A stretch of DNA of 64,000 nucleotides from Acidobacteriota bacterium (GTDB lineage: Bacteria; Acidobacteriota; UBA6911; RPQK01; JAJDTT01), in contig CBDCJH010000002.1 of assembly GCA_965217775.1 (NCBI GenBank), positions 160,001 to 224,000 on the forward strand, written 5' to 3'. The notes beneath the pieces are model-generated. The model made no database searches. It was not told the origin of the DNA and worked only from the letters and a program-made list of their open reading frames with translations. Every line of letters starts with the position of its first letter. Within the stretch, counting starts at the first letter, position 1. Positions 60,153 through 64,000 of this stretch are shown here, piece by piece. The translations under genes were made by a program, and so were the position numbers.

Positions 60153-60236
60153 ACCCACCTGGTCCACACGCCGTTTCCGTACAGAGGCAGGATGTACGGG
60201 GGAGCCTGACGGCCCCCCCGGTGAGAAATACGGTCG

Positions 60237-61526
60237 CTAGACCTTGGGTTCCCAGCCCTTGGCGTATTCCTTGGACCAGTAACCCATGGCCTCATCGTCT
60301 CCCAGGATATGGCCGTTGCCGGGGTCGCATCTGAGGTTTCGGCCGGTGCGGTGAGCGATGTTGCCCAAGTGGCACATGAGCGTGCTCTTGTGGGCCTCGA
60401 GGATCTCGGCGTTGCAGATCGTGGGGTCGTCGTTGCGGATTGCAGCCAGGAAGTTCCGGGCGTGGGGGAGGTCTCCGTAGCTGTCTTCTCCCTTCTTCGC
60501 GACCAGTTTGTCGTCCTTATCGTAGAGGGCGTAGGATCCCATCGTGCCCAGGTCCAGAGCTCCCCGGTCCCCATAAAAGGTGATGAAGCCGGGGCTGTGG
60601 CGGTTGTTGCTCAAACCGGCCCAGGAGATGGATCGCTTGCCTTCGAATTCGTAGCAGACGGTGTGGGTGTCGGGAGTCTCCTGATCGTCATCGAAGAGAT
60701 AGCGGCCGCCGCTGGAGGTCACCCGGATCGGGTAATCGACGCCCATTCCCCAACGGCACAGGTCCAGGGTGTGGACACCGTTGTTTCCCAACTCCCCGTT
60801 GCCCCAGTGCCAGTGCCAGTGCCAGTTGTAGTGGATCAGGTTGTCCTTGTAGGGAACACGGGTGGCCGGTCCCTGCCAGAGGTCGTAGTCCAGGTGAGCG
60901 GGGACGGGCACCGGCTTGCCCCGGCCCAGGGTGCCCCGGCCGCTGTTGTACCAGGTGCGAACCATGTATACGCGGCCGATGGCCCCTTCCCGCAGTTGTT
61001 GAACGGCCTCTCGGGTTCCGGGGGAGCTTCGTCGCTGGGTCCCCATCTGGACCGCCCGGTTGTACTTGCGCGCGGCGGCGACCATGAGTTCTCCCTCGCG
61101 GGGGGTGTGGCTGCACGGTTTCTCCACGTAGGCGTGCTTGCCGGCGGAACAGGCCAGGATGGTGGCCGGGGCGTGCCAGTGGTTGGGCCCGGAGTTGAGC
61201 AGGGCGTCCACCTCGGGATCGTCCAGGATTCGCCTGAAGTCTCCTACTTTCTGAGGCGCTCTTCCCGTCTGCTGCTCGACCGTGCGGGCCACCTTGTCCA
61301 GACGGAGCGAATCGACGTCGCAGACGTATTTGATGTGGACATTGGGTTGTTGTCCGAAACTTTCGGCCAGGCGTCTGCCCCGGCTCATCCCCATGATCCC
61401 GACGACGACGCGGGTGTTGGGCGAATCGTATTTGGCGGTGCTCTTGGCCGAGACCGACAGTCCGGAAGCGGCTACTCCGATGGCGGCGCTCCCCAGAAAA
61501 CGTCTCCGGTCGATGGATTCAGACAT
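60237..61526 (-). CDS. Gfo/Idh/MocA oxidoreductase, Tat-exported
   Basis: DRRRFL Tat motif, NHWHA, YVEKP, GTQRRS, GVHTLD. Confidence 0.9.
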   Translation of the reverse strand: MSESIDRRRFLGSAAIGVAASGLSVSAKSTAKYDSPNTRVVVGIMGMSRGRRLAESFGQQPNVHIKYVCDVDSLRLDKVARTVEQQTGRAPQKVGDFRRILDDPEVDALLNSGPNHWHAPATILACSAGKHAYVEKPCSHTPREGELMVAAARKYNRAVQMGTQRRSSPGTREAVQQLREGAIGRVYMVRTWYNSGRGTLGRGKPVPVPAHLDYDLWQGPATRVPYKDNLIHYNWHWHWHWGNGELGNNGVHTLDLCRWGMGVDYPIRVTSSGGRYLFDDDQETPDTHTVCYEFEGKRSISWAGLSNNRHSPGFITFYGDRGALDLGTMGSYALYDKDDKLVAKKGEDSYGDLPHARNFLAAIRNDDPTICNAEILEAHKSTLMCHLGNIAHRTGRNLRCDPGNGHILGDDEAMGYWSKEYAKGWEPKV

Positions 61527-61612
61527 TGTGGCTCCTCCTTAAAGTGACGATGATTCGCCATTATCGCCGGGGGGTGTTTTCCGATCAAGCCGCCGCATGG
61601 ATTAACGACGGC

Positions 61613-62767
61613 TCACAGGCTGATCTTCACCAGTCCCAGGAGAGCGATGACGGCGGTGGCGGCCAGACCCAGTGAAAAGGCTTTGGTCCCACCCGTTCTG
61701 AAGGTCCGCAGGTCGGTCATCAGTCCGACTGCGGCCATGGCCCCCGTGATGATCCAGCGGGCCGAACTGCCCAGCAGCAGCGCCAGATCCACCCGGTAGT
61801 CTCCTGGACCCAGGATGAATCGATCCGTCAGGTGGAGAGTGACTTCCGGAAAGAAGCCCAGGGTCCGTAGCAGCGCCATGCTCAGGAAGAGGAGGACGAA
61901 GCTCGGCAGAAGTTTCCCGTAGTGGATGGTGCGCCGGGGAAAGGCGGCTACCCGGCGCCGTCTGCGAGCGTAGAGAAATCCGATGACGAAGACGGCGGGA
62001 CCCAGAACCGAGATCCGCGTGAGCTTGACGATCGTGGAGAGCTCGCCGGCCAGTTGCCCGTTCAGATGGTGGGCAAATCCGGCGGCCAGCACCTGTGGGG
62101 TGGCGTGGATGGAGAGGCCGCACCAGACGCCGTAGCTGGAGGCGGTCAGGTCCAGGAGCGCGCCCAGGAGGGGGAACAGGAGCATGGCCAGCACGCCCAT
62201 CAGGTTGACGGTGGCAATGGACAGTGCCACGTCTCGTTCCTCTCCATCCACGACGGGCGCCGTGGCCACGATGGCGGAACTGCCGCAGATTGCCGTCCCC
62301 ACCCCGATCAGCAGGGAGAGCCTTTCCCCCATTCCCAGCAGGCGTCCCAGAAGCCACGTGCTCGCCACCACGCCGGCGATGATGACCAGGACCGCCAGCA
62401 GCACGTCCAGACTCACTTGAAGCATGGTGTAGAAATCCAACCGGGCGCCGAGCAATATGATTCCCACGGGGAGCAGCTTCCTGACCACCAGGTCCACACC
62501 GGGTTTCAGATCCGCGGAAGCCCGAACCAGATTCCGCAGGGCCATGCCCAAGAGCAGCGCCAGCAGGACTTCGCTGACGGGATGAAGTCCGTCGCTCGTG
62601 GTGAACGGGGGGTAGGGCAGGTGGTTCAGCCAAGCCGCGATCCCGGTCAGTACACTGCAGACCAGCAGGCCCGGCCACCGGGAGGCCTTTTGGGGAACCG
62701 CCAGTTTCTTGCGGAACTGTCGTTCGAACCTCCGCTCCGACCGGCTCAGGTCCGATTTCCAACTCAA
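61613..62767 (-). CDS. YeiH/putative sulfate exporter family membrane protein
   Basis: GTAICGSSAI, VKLTR, AMAAVGL; TTG start overlaps the cysK stop. Confidence 0.85.
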   Translation of the reverse strand: MSWKSDLSRSERRFERQFRKKLAVPQKASRWPGLLVCSVLTGIAAWLNHLPYPPFTTSDGLHPVSEVLLALLLGMALRNLVRASADLKPGVDLVVRKLLPVGIILLGARLDFYTMLQVSLDVLLAVLVIIAGVVASTWLLGRLLGMGERLSLLIGVGTAICGSSAIVATAPVVDGEERDVALSIATVNLMGVLAMLLFPLLGALLDLTASSYGVWCGLSIHATPQVLAAGFAHHLNGQLAGELSTIVKLTRISVLGPAVFVIGFLYARRRRRVAAFPRRTIHYGKLLPSFVLLFLSMALLRTLGFFPEVTLHLTDRFILGPGDYRVDLALLLGSSARWIITGAMAAVGLMTDLRTFRTGGTKAFSLGLAATAVIALLGLVKISL

Positions 62768-63723
62768 AGCAGAAGACTCTCGTCGTAGTCTTTCTCTTCC
62801 TTGAAATACTCTTCCACGCTGAAGTATCGGGAGCCTGTGTCCGGAAGGACGGTGACCACGTTCTGGTCCGGGGACAGTCGCTCGGCGACTTGCCGGGTCG
62901 CCAGCACGGCGGCGCCGGAGGAGACGCCGACCAGGAGCGATTCCTCCCGGGCCAGCCGCCGCGCCATGCGGAAGGCGTCTTTGTCGTCGACCGGAATCAC
63001 CTCGTCGATCACCTCCTGGTTCAGCACCGGAGGAATGAACCCGGCGCCGATCCCCTCGATGGCGTGCAGTCCCGGCGGCCGGCCGCTGAGCACGGCCGAA
63101 CTGGCCGGCTCGACGGCGACGATCCGGACGTCGGGTATGTGTTCCTTCAGATACTCGCCCACTCCGGTAATGGTTCCACCGGTTCCCACGCCCACCACGA
63201 GGGCGGCGACGTTCCCGCCGGTCGCCTCCATGATCTCGGGTCCGGTGGTCTCCCGATGCACCTGGGGGTTGGCCGGGTTCTCGAACTGCCGAAGCTCGAT
63301 CCAGCCCGGATTTCGCTCCGCCAGCCGGCGCGCGCGCCGAACTGCGCCCGGGATGTCTTCCTTCCCCGGCGTCAGCACCACCTCGGCTCCATAACGGATG
63401 ACCAGGGAGCGCCTTTCGAAGCTCATGGTCTCCGGCATGGTGAGGATCAGGCGGTATCCCCGCTCGGCACAGATCATGGCCAGTCCGATGCCGGTGTTCC
63501 CGCTGGTCGCTTCCACGATCCCCATTCCAGGCTGAAGCCATCCTTCAGTCTCGGCGGCATCGATCATGCTCCGGGCGATCCGGTCCTTGACGCTGCCCCC
63601 CGGGTTCAGGTACTCGAGCTTGGCCAGGATCGTCCCCTGCCCTTTTCGGCCCAGCCGGTCCAACCGCATCATGGGCGTCTTGCCGATCAGGTCCCCGATT
63701 TGAGTCTGGATGAAAGGATCCAT
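62764..63723 (-). CDS. cysK: Cysteine synthase A
   Basis: NPGGSVKDR, TSGNTG, GTGGT, IEGIG, PDTGSRY. Confidence 0.93.
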   Translation of the reverse strand: MDPFIQTQIGDLIGKTPMMRLDRLGRKGQGTILAKLEYLNPGGSVKDRIARSMIDAAETEGWLQPGMGIVEATSGNTGIGLAMICAERGYRLILTMPETMSFERRSLVIRYGAEVVLTPGKEDIPGAVRRARRLAERNPGWIELRQFENPANPQVHRETTGPEIMEATGGNVAALVVGVGTGGTITGVGEYLKEHIPDVRIVAVEPASSAVLSGRPPGLHAIEGIGAGFIPPVLNQEVIDEVIPVDDKDAFRMARRLAREESLLVGVSSGAAVLATRQVAERLSPDQNVVTVLPDTGSRYFSVEEYFKEEKDYDESLLL

Positions 63724-63919
63724 CTCGCTTCCGCTCGAAAAAACCGGCCGAACCCGCAGCCGGTCACCCGAGTCAATCCTCTCCCCGGAGGACTCCCCAA
63801 GGGATTCCGGCTCCTGGTGGATTCGTGTCACGGACCAAGGTAACGTATGTCGCGGCCAAAGAGGAGTCGTTCCCCAGCTTCTACTCCATGCCGGATTCAT
63901 CGGAACTCAGGAGCAGCGA

Positions 63920-64000
63920 ATGAAGGATCACCCGACCATCGATTATCGAGACTGCGACCGGCAGATCTGGGAAGAGGAACTGAGCGAATTTGTTCCGGAC
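63920..64000 (+). CDS. 5' end of a gene (possibly an amidohydrolase); runs off the window
   Basis: AGGAG RBS then MKDHPTIDYRDCDRQIWEEELSEFVPD. Confidence 0.45.
   Translation, partial: MKDHPTIDYRDCDRQIWEEELSEFVPD

Noticed and set aside
62768-63541. CysK-YeiH fusion or long YeiH N-terminus
   Set aside because: The extension is an alternative frame inside cysK; a TTG start overlapping the cysK stop explains the gene.

Overview
GC-rich bacterial chromosomal segment. The gene order (HU-dcd-leuS-lptE-holA-rpsT-phoH; psd-pssA-mgtE-recO-glyQ-glyS-ino1-ppdK) and many sugar/oxidoreductase genes suggest Acidobacteriota, by inference only. Most of the window is housekeeping, efflux and metabolic genes. 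An accessory region at about 2.1-8.6 kb holds a Fic gene, two toxin-antitoxin modules (higBA, phd/vapC), gene fragments and two defective IS elements. Its most unusual feature is four direct ~26-bp repeats (AGAARGGGAYAGTCTAYTTCTCCCGG) that separate co-oriented TA modules and truncated gene fragments like a cassette array; they do not look like attC, dif or CRISPR repeats, and no recombinase is visible. The window also has two MITE families (four copies of ~159 bp; two copies of ~240 bp plus one degenerate copy, one of which recreates a start codon), a dispersed CTCACTC-heptamer element, and a thiolase that resembles trypanosomatid SCP2-thiolase. No rRNA, tRNA or CRISPR array was recognised. 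All product calls come from motif recognition by eye, not from database searches.
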